DNA of 64,000 nt, taken from contig JAXLNO010001731.1 of assembly GCA_038087875.1 (NCBI GenBank), forward strand, positions 1 through 64,000, in the 5' to 3' direction. Both the position numbers and the translations under genes were made by a program. The notes below the pieces were generated by a model that was not told where the DNA came from, did no database searches, and saw only the letters and a program-made list of their open reading frames with translations. The DNA is from Malacoraja senta (Eukaryota). Within the stretch, counting starts at the first letter, position 1; each line of letters opens with the position of its first letter. Below are positions 50,140-63,240 of the stretch, piece by piece.

Positions 50140-53100
50140 TAAGGTTCCTTGTTGTCCCTCTGCAATGTTTCTTAAGTGCCGTTTCACTGTCACAAAGAAA
50201 AATATCAATGTCTTCCAATCAAATTGTAAAGTGATCCTTAATAATAGAAAAATATTATGTTGTGTACTTTGCTCCCTCCTTGTAATGGTCACCTCTTCAC
50301 TCTCCCGCTTTAAAACTGATTGAGACACATTCCATTTATTTGCAATCTTGTGATAAATATAGACAGGATTTTCACCTCATTAACTTGGGTTGCATTGAAT
50401 CCTTGTTTCAGAAGTGAAGGACATTCACCTACAAAAGCTGTTTTAAAGGAAACTTTATATTGAATTGTTAATGGAGCTGCTAAATGATTTGCACTGCTGG
50501 TTGATTCACTTCATATTTGTGGTTCATAAATGCAGTTGTCCAAATAGAAGCAGAGCTGACATTTTTGAGGTCTGAGTAGAGTGATCATGATTTAACAGAA
50601 ATTGTTATTGTAAGCCATGATTAAAATGAACAAATGCAGTCCTGACACATGTATTTGGTTTCCGTGTCCCTTTCCTTTCAAGCCAGGTTTGTAATCAATT
50701 GATGTGCAATGAACAGCAAGAAGTGCTTATCAGCTGTTTTCCATTCTTCAAAGATTAAACTATGCAGTAATACTTGGCACCAGACTATTTCAGACAAAAA
50801 TACTAACGTTGGGTCTAATGAATAGTGCATTTATTGTGGGATTGGATGCCAGATTGTTTCCTTAAAATTGGTCAGTTGTGTCGGAAGTACCACAGTGCCA
50901 CATAATAACAATGTTTCAAAATGTGTTTCCAATATGGTACGTCCATTGTCAAAGTGGCAGCATTCTGCACATTTAAAGCATTTTACTTTGCAGCTACAAC
51001 AATGGATTTCTGTTTCAGTAATAGTGAGCCAAATCTCTGTAAAGTACTCCTGGAAGCTGTTCAAAGGATTAGGACCGGGGAAGGTAATATTTCATGAGAT
51101 GCAATTTCCTTTTTTATATAAGGGAGTGGGAATTACAGTTTTACAACAATTTACTCTTGAGGTAGAATTCGGAGACAGACAAAACGAGGTGGAATTCAAA
51201 TTGATGCAGTTCAAATTTGAACAAAGGTCATAATGATATTTCTCAATCTGAGGTTTTAGTATTTATTGTTCCAAGAACAAATGCATCCACTCAAAATCGG
51301 CTCCTTCGGCATCTGTTCTAAATTAGACACCATAGGAATTTGGTCTAAGTGTTGGCATACTGTATTTCTGGGCTATGCCAACATTTCTTCCCATCTATTT
51401 GATTTTTTGGATCTGTTGTGAAGGGAAAAGCAACTGATGTAGGCATATATTTTTGTGGAAAGCATGACAAAAGTAGAGCAGGAAGTGTTCCCAACTTGAC
51501 AATGGCACAAATGAATGAGTTGGCATCTGTGAATCAAACCTAACGATGTATAATGTGTATAGGATTGTATACCAAGTTGAATTTGAGTAGAGTACCAGAA
51601 AATATGGAACATAAATGATGTCAGATGCTGGAAATCCACAATGCCTCATTCATTCAAGTTGCATTGTCAGTTAGACAAAATAAATTGTAGATCTCATTGT
51701 AAAGTCATACATTATGGTGTTCAAATGTAACAGCCCAAGGTATGGAATGGAAATACCTAATCTAAGATTTGTTTGTCAAATCTGCAACATGCAGAAATTG
51801 CAATGTTGGTACAAAAGTGCAGCTATGTCTGCTCAATAAATCTGCAATTAATTTTTTGTTGCTGACAAAATTAACCTGCTTTGCAGAATGATTCTGTTTA
51901 TCATACCCCACTTCAGGAAGTTACCGTTGTAAACATTTTAACTTAATACAATTGTAAGAATACACTTTCAATCTAATTATTCCCCACATAAAGATACAAA
52001 AATATTTGCTTAGCCTTGAATCACCATTTCCATTCAACTGCTTGCGTAGGAGGGAAGCGCAGGTATAGCGTATTTATTGTGCTTGCATCTTATCCAGTTC
52101 TTATCACTTTGGGGAATGTGTAATCAGGTAAATTCTTGGGGGGAGTCATGTCATTCAATGGAGGGAGCATTACAGGGAAAACTTGTAGGGGAATGGCCTC
52201 CTATGTTTTAAGAAAATATAGACGATATTGATGTACCTGAGTATTGTCGCTCACTCAGTGAAGTTAACTGAAAAGATATTAGTCAAAAAATATCTGACAA
52301 ATTGTGATTAAGTTAGCAAGTATCTTTAACAATGAATGTATTTGTGCCCTAGATTTGACACATCACGCGTTTATGTAGAACAGAGAGATCTAGGGTCCTA
52401 GGTACATGGTTCCACCGCTAGTTTCCATGCTGTACAACTTTATGACTATGATTTCAGCGGCAATAGAAAATCTTCTGCTGCATGGACGTTTCTTAATAAC
52501 CGTGACATTTTACCAGGCATATGCATATGGACACTAGTTCCTTGCCTTTCACATGATCTGAACACCTGCCCCTCCTTCGTGACATCTGGCTACAGGTTCC
52601 ACGTTTAACCATGTTCCTGAACCCCCCCCCCCCCCCACTTGACCCCCCTCCATGATCCTGGCCGTGTTACCTAACCACATTCCAGATCCCTTGTACCCTT
52701 TTCATTTCGTTGACTGGATAGCACATAAAGAAAAGATTTTCACTATATCCTAGTACACTTAACAATAATAATAAACTAAACTAAACCATTGCACATCTGG
52801 GTCACGATCCTAAACCCAATGGAAGGTTCCCGATAGGGGTTAAAGAGCGAGGAAGAAATAGCGAACAACGTGTCCTGACCCAAACCCACATATGTGAGGG
52901 CATGTTTGTACCTGGCAGGTGCCATCTTTACATGTGAGCAACAGAGTGTAGCCTGCATTTGCCTTTGGTCTCACTATTGGGCAAAATTATTGGGCAAAAT
53001 ACTAAACATAAATATGAATTATCAAATATTTGGAAAGTGTACCAAGTTTAACTTTTATAAAATCAACAGTATTGTATTCCTGTTTAAATTGAACTAGACG

Positions 53101-53899
53101 TCTTTCTGTTTGCCTATCAGATGTTTACATAGGGTTAACATATTAAACTAATCCAGATTTAGCAGTTTAAAAATATTCAGATTTCCCTGTGCTCCAGTTA
53201 AGATGCTGACATATTTAGTTCAGTGGATAGTGAATACATGACTTCATTGTTTTTTGTTCAAGAGCTACCACAAGTTGTTGGCAATGAGAGTACTTCTCAT
53301 GAAAAGCCATTATGAGCCCAACTCAAGATTATTAGGAGTAATAGCCCAGAGAACTGCCTTTGTACTCTTTCAAATAGTCTTTTTAGTTTAACGTGCATTG
53401 TATTATTTATCACAGCTCAGGAATGAAAGAGAATGTTTTACTTGTTGCAACAGCTTCTAGGATAAACAGTTCTAATCCTGCAAATGTTTATTTCAAACTG
53501 CAATTAATTTATAGAATTTCTTAATATTATTAAGATCCGAAAAAATATTGACTTAAAATTGTGTGGCACAATTTATGTTAATTATGAAGTGATTGTTTAC
53601 AAAATATATGTGTATGAGAAATTCACGCTTGCTGAAGCTTTACTGGCACATAAAATACAACAGCACGACAAATAAACATATCATAAATTATGTTAGACGT
53701 AGTGCAACCTTAGTAGTGGAATACTGTTTTCACCTTGGATTGAAGACTCCAGAGCAAATTCTGGGAATTGGGTCATTCACAAGGACATGTGTGTTCTTTT
53801 TCCCTTTAACCCTTCCACTCTCAAAGGAACCAAACTGAATAGATTATTTTGCTGCAGTGCGGTCATGGAAACTTGGAACTGTTACCTTGCAGATCATGA

Positions 53900-54510
53900 A
53901 CAAAGTACAAAGTGCTGGAGGAACTCAGCAGATCAGGCATCTGTGTAAAGAAATGGGCTGATACATTTTGGATTGAGACCCTTCTTCAGACTGATGGAGT
54001 AGTGGAGAAAAAACTTGTAAAAAGAGATTAGGGATGGGTCAAAGACTTGCAAGTGATAGATACATTTGAGGAGGGGTGTTGGTCAGATGGTTAGTGATAG
54101 TGACAAAGGCTAAAGGAGAAATGGAAACAAAAGAGTAAGATAAGGAAGGAAGACCAGGGGTGAAATACAAAGCCGAAGGGAGGGATACAGGTGGAAATGG
54201 ATGGAGAGGGAGTTGAAAGGGAAATGGGGTAGGGAGGTGGAAGATGAGCAGAAGGAGGAGAGGAAAGGAACATGGTGATGAGTGTAGTGTGAGTATGAGG
54301 AGATCAGAACGTTTTACTTAAAATTGGAGAATTCAATGTTTATGCCATTGGGTTGGAGGCTACCCGTGGAATGTGAGGTGTGGTTCTTCCAGTTTATGTC
54401 TGGCCACACTACAACAGTGGAGGAGGCTAAAGGCAGAAAGATCAGTATGGAATGGGAAGTGGAGTTAAAATGGCGAGCACAGGGACTTCCTACTCATGAC
54501 TGCAACTGAA
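53900..54510 (-). mobile_element. Older Penelope-like element 3' fragment
   Basis: Minus strand HFNSTSHS..GSLQPNGINIEFSNFK* parallels the end of the PLE ORF at 8528, then a pyrimidine tract and CTGAAGAAGGGTCTCAATCC tail. Confidence 0.75.
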
Positions 54511-55257
54511 ACATTTCAGTGGTATTACAACAGGAATTTGTAAGGAGCCTGGTAACTCCATGGACACCCTTCTCTGTGGAGAGTAGTTGGACGTTCTATG
54601 TAATATACTGTCTATTTGCAAGATGATTCTTGATGATGTTTGTAATCAATCAAATAATTTTATCATGAATTCTACTTTAAAGGAATGTTGTGCAGCTTTG
54701 GTAGTTTGTATCAGAAATATTTTTGTAATAAATTAGGCTGCCACTGCATGTTGATGTGCAAGTATTCTTGAGAAAGCCAGACTGGTATAAATTCTACTTC
54801 ATAGTCCAAATGTGCTGTGGATATTTCAAATACCATGGGAAATGCATGTAGTAAGTAGACACCCAATTTCCATTAATTTAATTTTAGTGATTTCAGAAAG
54901 TTGTTGCTCAAGAGTTTAAAACAAGCATTAACTGAGATTTCACGTGTAGGAAAATAGAACACATTGGTTATGCCAGGTATAATTTGATATTATGAAACTT
55001 TACATCTGTCTATATTGTTGGCAGTAACAATAAAATAATGCAAACGAGGAATACATTTAACACTTCCTGGTCGGAGTGAATAGTGCCATATTGCTTCATT
55101 TCTCTTGGTTTGGTTCTTGAAAAGTTTAATTTATACCATTTATGTAACTTAGCATTTATTTAGCCATTTAAGGAACTTAGCTTCCAAATATATCAGAGAA
55201 CTTATTGTTTCTAAAATGTGTATGTTGACAGAAATACTGTAATTCTCAATTTTAAAC

Positions 55258-55512
55258 GCTGACCGCAGGTGCAGTCTGTGTGGAGTTTGCATGTTCTCCC
55301 TGTGACCCCGTCGGTTTCCTCTGGGTGTGCCGGTTTCCTCCGCCATCCCAAAGATTTGTGGGTTAATTATATTCTACAAATTGTCCTGAATGTTTCAGGA
55401 GAGGTTGAGAAAGTGGGGTAACAGATCTAGTGTGAACGGGTGATGGATGATGAGCGTGGATGTGGTGGGCTGAAGGGCCTACATCCATGCTGTACATCTA
55501 AAACTAAAACTA
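55258..55512 (+). mobile_element. HE1/V-SINE-type SINE, 5'-truncated
   Basis: GTGTGGAGTTTGCATGTTCTCCCTGTGACC..GGTTTCCTCC..GGGCTGAAGGGCCT with a (CTAAAA)n tail. Confidence 0.75.
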
Positions 55513-56679
55513 TGTCACCTACATTTTCTGTGCAATTAATTTTTCTCAGTGCTATTGAGAGAGGAAGTATGTGTGTTATAATTTATCAAATTTTCTGTTT
55601 ATTATTGGATATATTGTAACATGACACAAGAATTAAGACAAAATATATCGTCGTTGATGCTCATGAGAAAGATGAGAGGTTAGTTTATTTGGGCCTCAGG
55701 AGCGTTTTTACATTGGCAAACAAATCAATGATGGTAATAATCACAAAGCATTCCTTGAAGTTTCAAAACAATGCAGAATAGGACTTTTATTAGGAAATAC
55801 TATTTGGTGCTTTGTATGTCCCCTAGCCGGTGATGTTTTGTGGTACAACACAGTTATAGATTTATCTGGAACATATAAACTTTGCATTTAAATATATAAT
55901 GACTTCAAAATAAAAACCAAATTACAAGAATATGTTGAAAATTGATAATGATAGAAATAACTTAAGTGAATGGGTTTCAACCTGTTACCAACTTTATATG
56001 AATGTAATCCAGGATTTGTTGATACATTTAAAATTCTCCATTCAACATTACTTCATGATACATGTCATTCTATCATTAATTTAGAAAAAATGTAGACTAT
56101 TTTCAAAGCTTGTGATCTACAGCAAAACAAATCACATATTAAATGGTAATTGTACATATCCAGGAGCTTAGTTTCATAAGCATTAAATCATGGTTATTAT
56201 TAATGCATATCAATGGATCTCCTTTTATTTCATAATAAATTAGTAAAGGTAGTTCATTACTTTTTCTGTATCACAGCTCACTCCTTTGATCTTAATTTTG
56301 GAGTAGAATACATTGATTTCAGTTGAAGAACTTAGTATTTAGGTTATAATAACATGAATGCTAGTTAATAGGAGCTGAGCTGATTCACAAGTGGAAAAAG
56401 CACGTGAATGTTTAATGCACAGAACAAAAGGAGAGCAACATAACTAAGATCAAGTTTTAATTCTTCATTCTTGACAGTAGATTCTTAAATGTCATCATAT
56501 TCAACCTGTGAGGTATCAGATAGTTGTGCTAAGAAGCACTTTGTGATAGGAAAATTTAGTGTAATTGTTAGTTTTTTTTAGTCTCTGGTCAAGTTGCACA
56601 GCTGTCTATTGATAATTCAAAAATACAATTCAGATTATTGATTAATTATATAGTCTTTGAACAATGACACTAAAATAAG

Positions 56680-57130
56680 TAGACGGTGAAGATGGTTATC
56701 AAGAATTAATTAGACCAGGATCTTGATCAGCTGGGCAAGTGGATTGTAGAATGGCTAGAGTCTAAATCAGATAAATGTGAGGTTTTGCATTTTGGGAAGT
56801 CAAACCATGGTGGGAACTTCACAGTGAAAGGAAGGGCCCTGTGAGTGTTGTTGAGCAGAGGGATCTAGGCATATAAGTACATAGTTCCCAAAAAGTGGTG
56901 TTGCAGGTAAATATAGTGGTAAAGAAGGCTTTTGTCAGAGAATTGAATATAGAAGTTGACACGTTACATTACAGTTGTACAAGACATTGATGAGGGCCCA
57001 AACTTGGACAACAGTGTTAAGTTTTGGTCCATTAATCTGGAAAATGTGCTGGGCAGATTTATGAGCATGTTGTTAGGACACGAGGGCATGAGCTTTTGGG
57101 AGAGGTTGGGCAGGTTAGGACTATTCATTA
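56680..57130 (+). mobile_element. CR1 LINE RT C-terminal fragment
   Basis: Peptides QDLDQLGKW..DKCEVLHFGKSN..EQRDLGI and MSFWERLGRLGLF. Confidence 0.8.
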
Positions 57131-57472
57131 GAGAAAGGTTTCATGTAGAAGACCCTTAATTCTGATCTAAAATGTTATTTGTTTTCATTTCAACCTGACT
57201 TGCTGAGTATTTTTAAAATATTCTCTTTTTATTTTTAAATTCCCTTCACTTCATGTTTTGAAATGTTAGAATTTCTGTAATCTAACTCACAAGAAAAACA
57301 ATTATGGTACCCTTGAAATTAAAAACAAAAGTTTGATGGATGCATTACAATTAAAATTCCATTGGTTCACCTCTCTTTGGGTGAAGAAGTTTTCCTAAAT
57401 AAATGCAAGGAATGAGTTTAATTCATTTTGGTTTGATCCTTGTGTAAAATGTTTGCTGTTTAAAAGTAATGT

Positions 57473-57898
57473 ACAATGTAAGATGTGGCTCTGTACGTAT
57501 TTTCTCTTCACCTTTTCCCCAAAACAAATTTGTCCAATAAAATTTCTGGAATCAAAGAAAGACATTGTGCCCAAAGATACTCCTCTAGTATCTTTGATTG
57601 TGCCTGCACAGATAAACATTTGATAATTTGATAACCATACAGGGAGCTCTCCAAGGTGCTTACTCACAGAAAACTCCACTATCTACCATGCTCATTTTAT
57701 TATTTTTTTCTATAACGTTATTCAGACATGTTGCAAGGAAAATGTTGTTGCAGGATTTGTTTTTGTCATACTTGGTTTGTTTGCTGAACAGTAACACATT
57801 TAGTGTTTTCAGCTTCCTTGATAGCAGTGTACTGGAGTTATCAGGGTAATACTGATCTATTTATGCCTTTAAATGTACAGAGCCACATCTTACATTGT
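57473..57898. repeat. Perfect 24-bp inverted repeat pair enclosing 378 bp
   Basis: ACAATGTAAGATGTGGCTCTGTAC (57473-57496) and its exact reverse complement (57875-57898). Confidence 0.85.
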
Positions 57899-58175
57899 TC
57901 AAAGTTATTGGGTATTATTCTCCACATGAAAGGTTGACGAGATTGCTTCTTATTTCAAATTGCTTCAATTTATGGAAATTACTTCATACATTGAAAATCA
58001 CATTGAGTAGTCACAAATCACATTTTCTGTAATAAAAGCTTCTTTTTTTATCTGGCTCCAAGATTACAGATAATCATTTACACTGAAATTAGTGTTTTTA
58101 CTCTATTAACAAATGGTTTAATTGTTAAATGGAACTGGCTAAGTGAGGGACTAAAATCCAAAACACAGAGTTTGA

Positions 58176-58480
58176 GGGGCATAGTGGCACAGCTGATAGA
58201 GCGGCTGTGCCAGAGACCCACGTTTGATCCTGACCTTCGGAGCTGTCTTTATGGAGTTTGCACGTTTTCCATGTGACGACATGGGTTTTCTCTGGATGCT
58301 CCAGTTTCCTCCTACATACCAAAGATGTGCGAATGTTTAGGTTAATTGGCCAATGTAAATTGCCCCAGGTGTATAGGGAGTGAATGGAAAAATTGGGATA
58401 ACTAGCATGAACGGGTGATTGATCATAGGCATGGATTCGATAGGCTGAAGGGTTTGTTTCCATGCTGTATCTCAAAATTA
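58176..58480 (+). mobile_element. HE1/V-SINE-type SINE
   Basis: GTGGCACAGCTGATAGAG and GTTTGATCC boxes, GGAGTTTGCACGTTTTCC body and GTTTCCATGCTGTATCTC tail. Confidence 0.8.
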
Positions 58481-58554
58481 AACACCAAAAAACAAATTAT
58501 CAAGATTGTATATCGTAGGATCGAACCAAAGTCAAAATGTGATAGGAAGATTTA

Positions 58555-58700
58555 TGAGCAAAAAACTAACTGCTGGATGAGTCAGTGGGGGGAAATAGAC
58601 AAACAATGTTTTGGGCAGGGACCCATCTTCAGACTGATGAAAGTTCCTCCAGCAGTTTGTTTTTTTGCTAACGATTCCAGCAAATACAGTCTCTTGTGTT
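58555..58700. mobile_element. Old fold-back Penelope-derived element
   Basis: AACTGCTGGA…GACCCATCTTCAGACTGA…TCCAGCAGTT. Degenerate version of the family. Confidence 0.5.
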
Positions 58701-59320
58701 TTCAAAGTGATTTATGGCTCTGATTTCCAATTAGTTTTAATTGGTTTTGCATTTCAAGAGGAAATAATATTTGAGGGGAATAAAAGTTTATTTTCAAGAT
58801 TCTCAAATGAATAGAGCAGAATTTCCCACCACGAGACAAGTAGCTGCACTGATTATTGGTCTAGGTAGTAGGCACAATTTTGCAGATATGTTAGTGTCGA
58901 CGTCTTGATCAATGCCATCCTGATCCTAAATGTCAAGGCCCAAGGAGCTCATGTAAATAAATGCTCTCAGAATAAAGCAGCTGAAAAATACTGGCAGCTG
59001 TCCAATCTTTCAATTTGTCCGTGATCACAAACAAATATTTCAAAAGCAATCAAAGCAATTAAAAATTAATCACATATTTAAAGATTTTATTTAGAAAAAT
59101 GTTTAAGTGAAAACATTCAAGGAACAATTAATTTAACACAATTAATTCAAAACAATAAGTTGCCAAACATACCTTTGTGCTTCAAAAGTTGTTCTCAAAT
59201 GAGTTGGTATGTCATTACTGACTCTGAGCCAGCTCTTGCCTGAGGTGACATTAAAAAAAAGGCATTTCCCACCATAACATTGTGTTTTGCAGCAATGTAG
59301 GACTTTGTGGCGTCCACTTT

Positions 59321-59984
59321 TGCTGAAAAATCGGCGACGACAGAATGGAACACACACACACACACACATTGCTTCCTTCACCAGCCAGTTATGCAGGCGG
59401 GGGACAGGGCAAGTGGGGGGAGCGCTATCTGAGTGAAATTCAGTGCGGTGCAAGGCCAATATGATACAGACACACACCACGATGAACAGGAAGGTTGACG
59501 GTGTAATTAAGACGGTGAAAGCACAGTGTACAGGAAGGGTCACGTAAGTCCTTTAAAAGAGGGGGGGAGCGGGGGATACGGGGTGGGGAGAAGGAGTGGA
59601 GACAACTTTTAAGAAGCCAGAGATACACGGCTGTGAAGCTCGGCGGACATTAACATTACTGGTCGGTTATCCTTGGTTCTGAAAACTACTGTTTACGTTT
59701 TTGTTTCCCAATGAGCCAATGAAATTCACCGGTCAGCACCGGCGACAACCTACGACCTCCTGGCAACCCACTACCACTGCACCTACATCACGAGAATTCT
59801 CGCTACTCTCCATGGCGTCACAATTCTGGTCGCCATGAAGCCACGAGTAGTTACGAGAATGTGGGAACTACTCACCACCATGCAGGCGACACCCCAGCAA
59901 CCTCCGGCGAACACGTGGCGACCTTGTGGCGATCTCATAGTCTCCTGTAGTCGCCTAAAAAGTTGCGTAAGTGGGACAGGCCCA
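59321..59984 (-). mobile_element. PIF/Harbinger-type MITE, inverted and partly deleted copy of 61932-62709
   Basis: Extensive reverse-complement similarity to 61932-62645. Intact end AAGTGGGACAGGCCCA|TAA; the other end is missing. Confidence 0.85.
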
Positions 59985-60095
59985 TAAGCCTTTATTCCTA
60001 CTACCAAAATGCATGACTGCACATTTTGCTACACTATATTCCATCTGCCACTTCTCTGCCCACTCTCCCAACCTGTCCAAGTCCTCCTCCAGAAT
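59985..60095 (-). mobile_element. CR1 RT fragment
   Basis: Minus strand encodes LEEDLDRLGEWAEKWQMEYSVAKCAVMHFGSRNKG. Confidence 0.8.
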
Positions 60096-60518
60096 ATGGA
60101 GCATTTGAAGTATGACAGAGTTCCTGAGTTGGATTACAGAAATGGACAGCTGCTGAGCTGCACACAGAGTTCAAATATCCCCTGAACTATTGTGTGACTA
60201 TCTAAATAATGTAGATGTTGCACATATAAAAACACACACAGTCTTTCCCCCCAGTCCCCTGACAATGATGTAAGAATATATCACCAGTTCTCCTGTGGGT
60301 CTGTTGTAGAGCAGTTTCCAGGTCCCTTAACAGGTGAAAAAGTAAGCAAACAGGAAATTATATGCTTTGTTTACAGAAGCTCATTTCTTAAATTGAGTAA
60401 TTTTATATAATATATTTGTAAACATTAATTGCAGCATCTTAAGTCCATGTGCAAGGTTTGTGTCTTTAAATAAGCAGATAATGGGATCAAGACTAACAGG
60501 CCAAGATTAGATAAGCCA

Positions 60519-60605
60519 TAGATAGACACAAAAAGCTGGTGTAACTCCGCAGAATTTTTGTGTCTATCCTCGGTTTAAACCAGCATCTGCAGTTTCTTTC
60601 TACAC
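60519..60605. mobile_element. 87-bp collapsed fold-back Penelope-derived element
   Basis: Exact 13-bp TSD ATTAGATAAGCCA at 60506-18 and 60606-18. Inverted GATAGACACAAAAA / TTTTTGTGTCTATC. Ribozyme centre lost. Confidence 0.8.
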
Positions 60606-61931
60606 ATTAGATAAGCCAAGGTCTTTTTGAATGTTACTGTAGTTAAGGACTGTAAGACACATTGGCTTCTGTTCCTTTTTTGTTGTGGGAGTTCAAAAAG
60701 GTTTCTTTTTACAAGGAAATCCATTTATTCATGACACATTGAATCAGATGGATATTGAAGACTAATTCAGTGGTGTCGTATGTTGAATATATTGGTTGTG
60801 GGAATCTGCCTGTTGCTAAGGTTGCTGAGGAATGTTTTGTTGCTCTCCATATCAGCACTGGCTGACTTTTAAACATAATTGTACATGAACCATTTTTACA
60901 TGTTTTTCACAAGTCATTGAGTGTTTTGTATATGTACTGACCACTTACCATAAGTGGTCATCATCTACGCACAACAGTTCCAAGAAAAATATGTGAAGCC
61001 ACACCAGCCACTATAGACATTTTATTTGACCTGAACAAAGCCTTTGACTGCCATCACTATGGAGGCACTGTGGTACATTCTCCTCAAAATGTATACCGTG
61101 ATATTAACAGATGGGTCTACAACAGAACCATTCTCAGTGCAAACCAAATTAAAAAAGTGTGCTACACTTTTCTCAATCCTGCTTTCTTCAATTTTGCATG
61201 TCATCTCCATTTAGAAGTAATATACATCTGTTGAGCAGTACCTAGCTTACACAAACCTCAGTAGGAAAATTACAATACGCAAACAGGGCTTGAGCTTGCG
61301 TATACTCAGAGCCGAGCTTCAAGGCACTGTCAATGCTTTCATATGACAGGATGGTTTAACGCTCACTGTCCTAAACTTGAGAGTCCTCTGTCACCCTTAC
61401 GTGTGTTGCATCACACTGACCTCCAACAATCAATGTTTAGAGCAGGACTGTTGATAAGGTGCAACAATTTCCATATCAAGGGAGGCATCCCTCAGCAAAG
61501 GTAGCTTTTATTATGTAATTCACCACTGTCTGTACAGAACCAGGGCAACCCATGGCTAATTTAAAAATAAAAGGATATTTGAAGATCAAGACCTGAGGCT
61601 TGGCCTAAATCTTGATGGTTGATTGGAAGGTATTGAGAGGGGTGGTTGTTACCTAAAATTGGAGAATTCAATGTTTATACTGGATTCTGCCCTTCCCCCG
61701 CCACCACCATCTGCCTGATGAAGTGTTCCAACCGAAACATCACCAATCCATGTTTTCCCGAGATCCTGTTCTCTTCCAGACTATCTCCCTAATGTTCTTG
61801 TCCTAGTTGTACTCAGTAAGCTACTGTATGTCAGGCAGCCCATGTCCTTTGCATGCTTGACCCCAGAAACCCCAGACACACTTCTCCGACCTCTCAAGGA
61901 AAATCATCCTTGATCTTGAGGGCCTGCCTAA

Positions 61932-62709
61932 TGGGCCTGTCCCACTTAGGCGACTTTTTAGGCGACGGCAGGAGACTATGCAGTCACCACATGGTCGCCA
62001 CATGTTTGCAGGTGGTTGCTGGGGAGTCGCCTTCATGGTCATGAGGAGTTCCCACATTCTGGGAACTCGTCGCGACCTCATTATGGTCGCCGAGAATTTT
62101 TCAACATGTTGAAAAATTAGCGGCGACTAGAATGAAGCCGCCATGGAGAGTAGCGAGAATTCTCGTGCTGTAGGTGGATTGCAAGGAGGTCCTAGTGGGT
62201 TGCCAGGAGGTCGAAGGTTCTCTTAGGTTCTCGTAGGTTGTAGCCGGTGCTGACCGGTGAATTTCATTGGCTCATCGGGGAAAAAAAACATAGGCAGTAG
62301 TTTTCAGGACCAACGATAACCGAGCGGTAATGTTATGTCCGCCGAACTTCACAGCTGTGTATCTCTGGCTTATTAAAAGTTGTCTGGCTTCTTAAAAGTT
62401 GTCTTCACTCCTTCTCCCTCCTTCTCCCCCCCCCCTTATCCCCCCCTCCTTTAAAGGACTTACCGTACACTGTGCTAGCCGTCTTAATTACAGCACCAAC
62501 CTTCCTGTTCATCGCTCTGTGTGTCTGTATCACCTTGGCGTTGCAAATTTCAAACAACGCTCCCCTCGCTTGCCCTGGCCCCGCCTTTGCGATGTGTTTG
62601 TGTGTGTGTGTGTGTTCCACTCTGACAGTCGACGTTTTTTCAGGCTACTGCCGGCAACTTGACAGTCGCTGGCAGTCGCCTGGAAAATCGCCTAAGTGGG
62701 ACAGGCACA
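61932..62709 (+). mobile_element. PIF/Harbinger-type MITE, full length (778 bp)
   Basis: TIRs TGGGCCTGTCCCACTTAGGCGA and TCGCCTAAGTGGGACAGGCACA (21/22 match), flanks TAA and TCA. Internal 24-bp palindrome at 62095-62118. No transposase. Confidence 0.85.
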
Positions 62710-63240
62710 TCAGAAGAAGAAATAAATGTCAAATATGCTACTGTAGAGAGGAGAGAAAATAGTGAAAATTAGGAGAAAGGGTTAGTGATGAATAGAGGAT
62801 GGGAGAATAGAGATCAAATTTAGGAAGTCTGAACCTGGTATTTTGGGGTGATTGATGACCAAAACAAAGATTGGACCCTGTAACAAGAGGGGTGATGGGA
62901 CAGGTTGGGAGGGAAAGCAGAGGCCTCATGGAGATCAGAAAGGGGGTCTGATTGTGAAGCGGAAGGTAAAAAACTCCTGGTTATAGGATCCAGCACGTGG
63001 GGGCATAAGCACGTTCTTCCTGGATTTTGCAGAAATTCTCTTTACACAATTACTGAATAGCTTCAACATGGAAAATAGTCATTTGAACCATGGACTCTAT
63101 ACCAGCTCTGTGTCATTTCTCGACCGATAGATCTTGCAGATCTTTTCTTTCAGATACTTTACCAGATTTTCTTAGGTTGGCTGTGCATTCACAGCTATCC
63201 ATCACAATTTTATTTTCTGGTCTTAACCACTTCCTGTTTA

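Noticed and set aside
50868-51233. 121-aa ORF in unique sequence
   Set aside because: Non-ATG start, no recognisable domain and no convincing splice pair.
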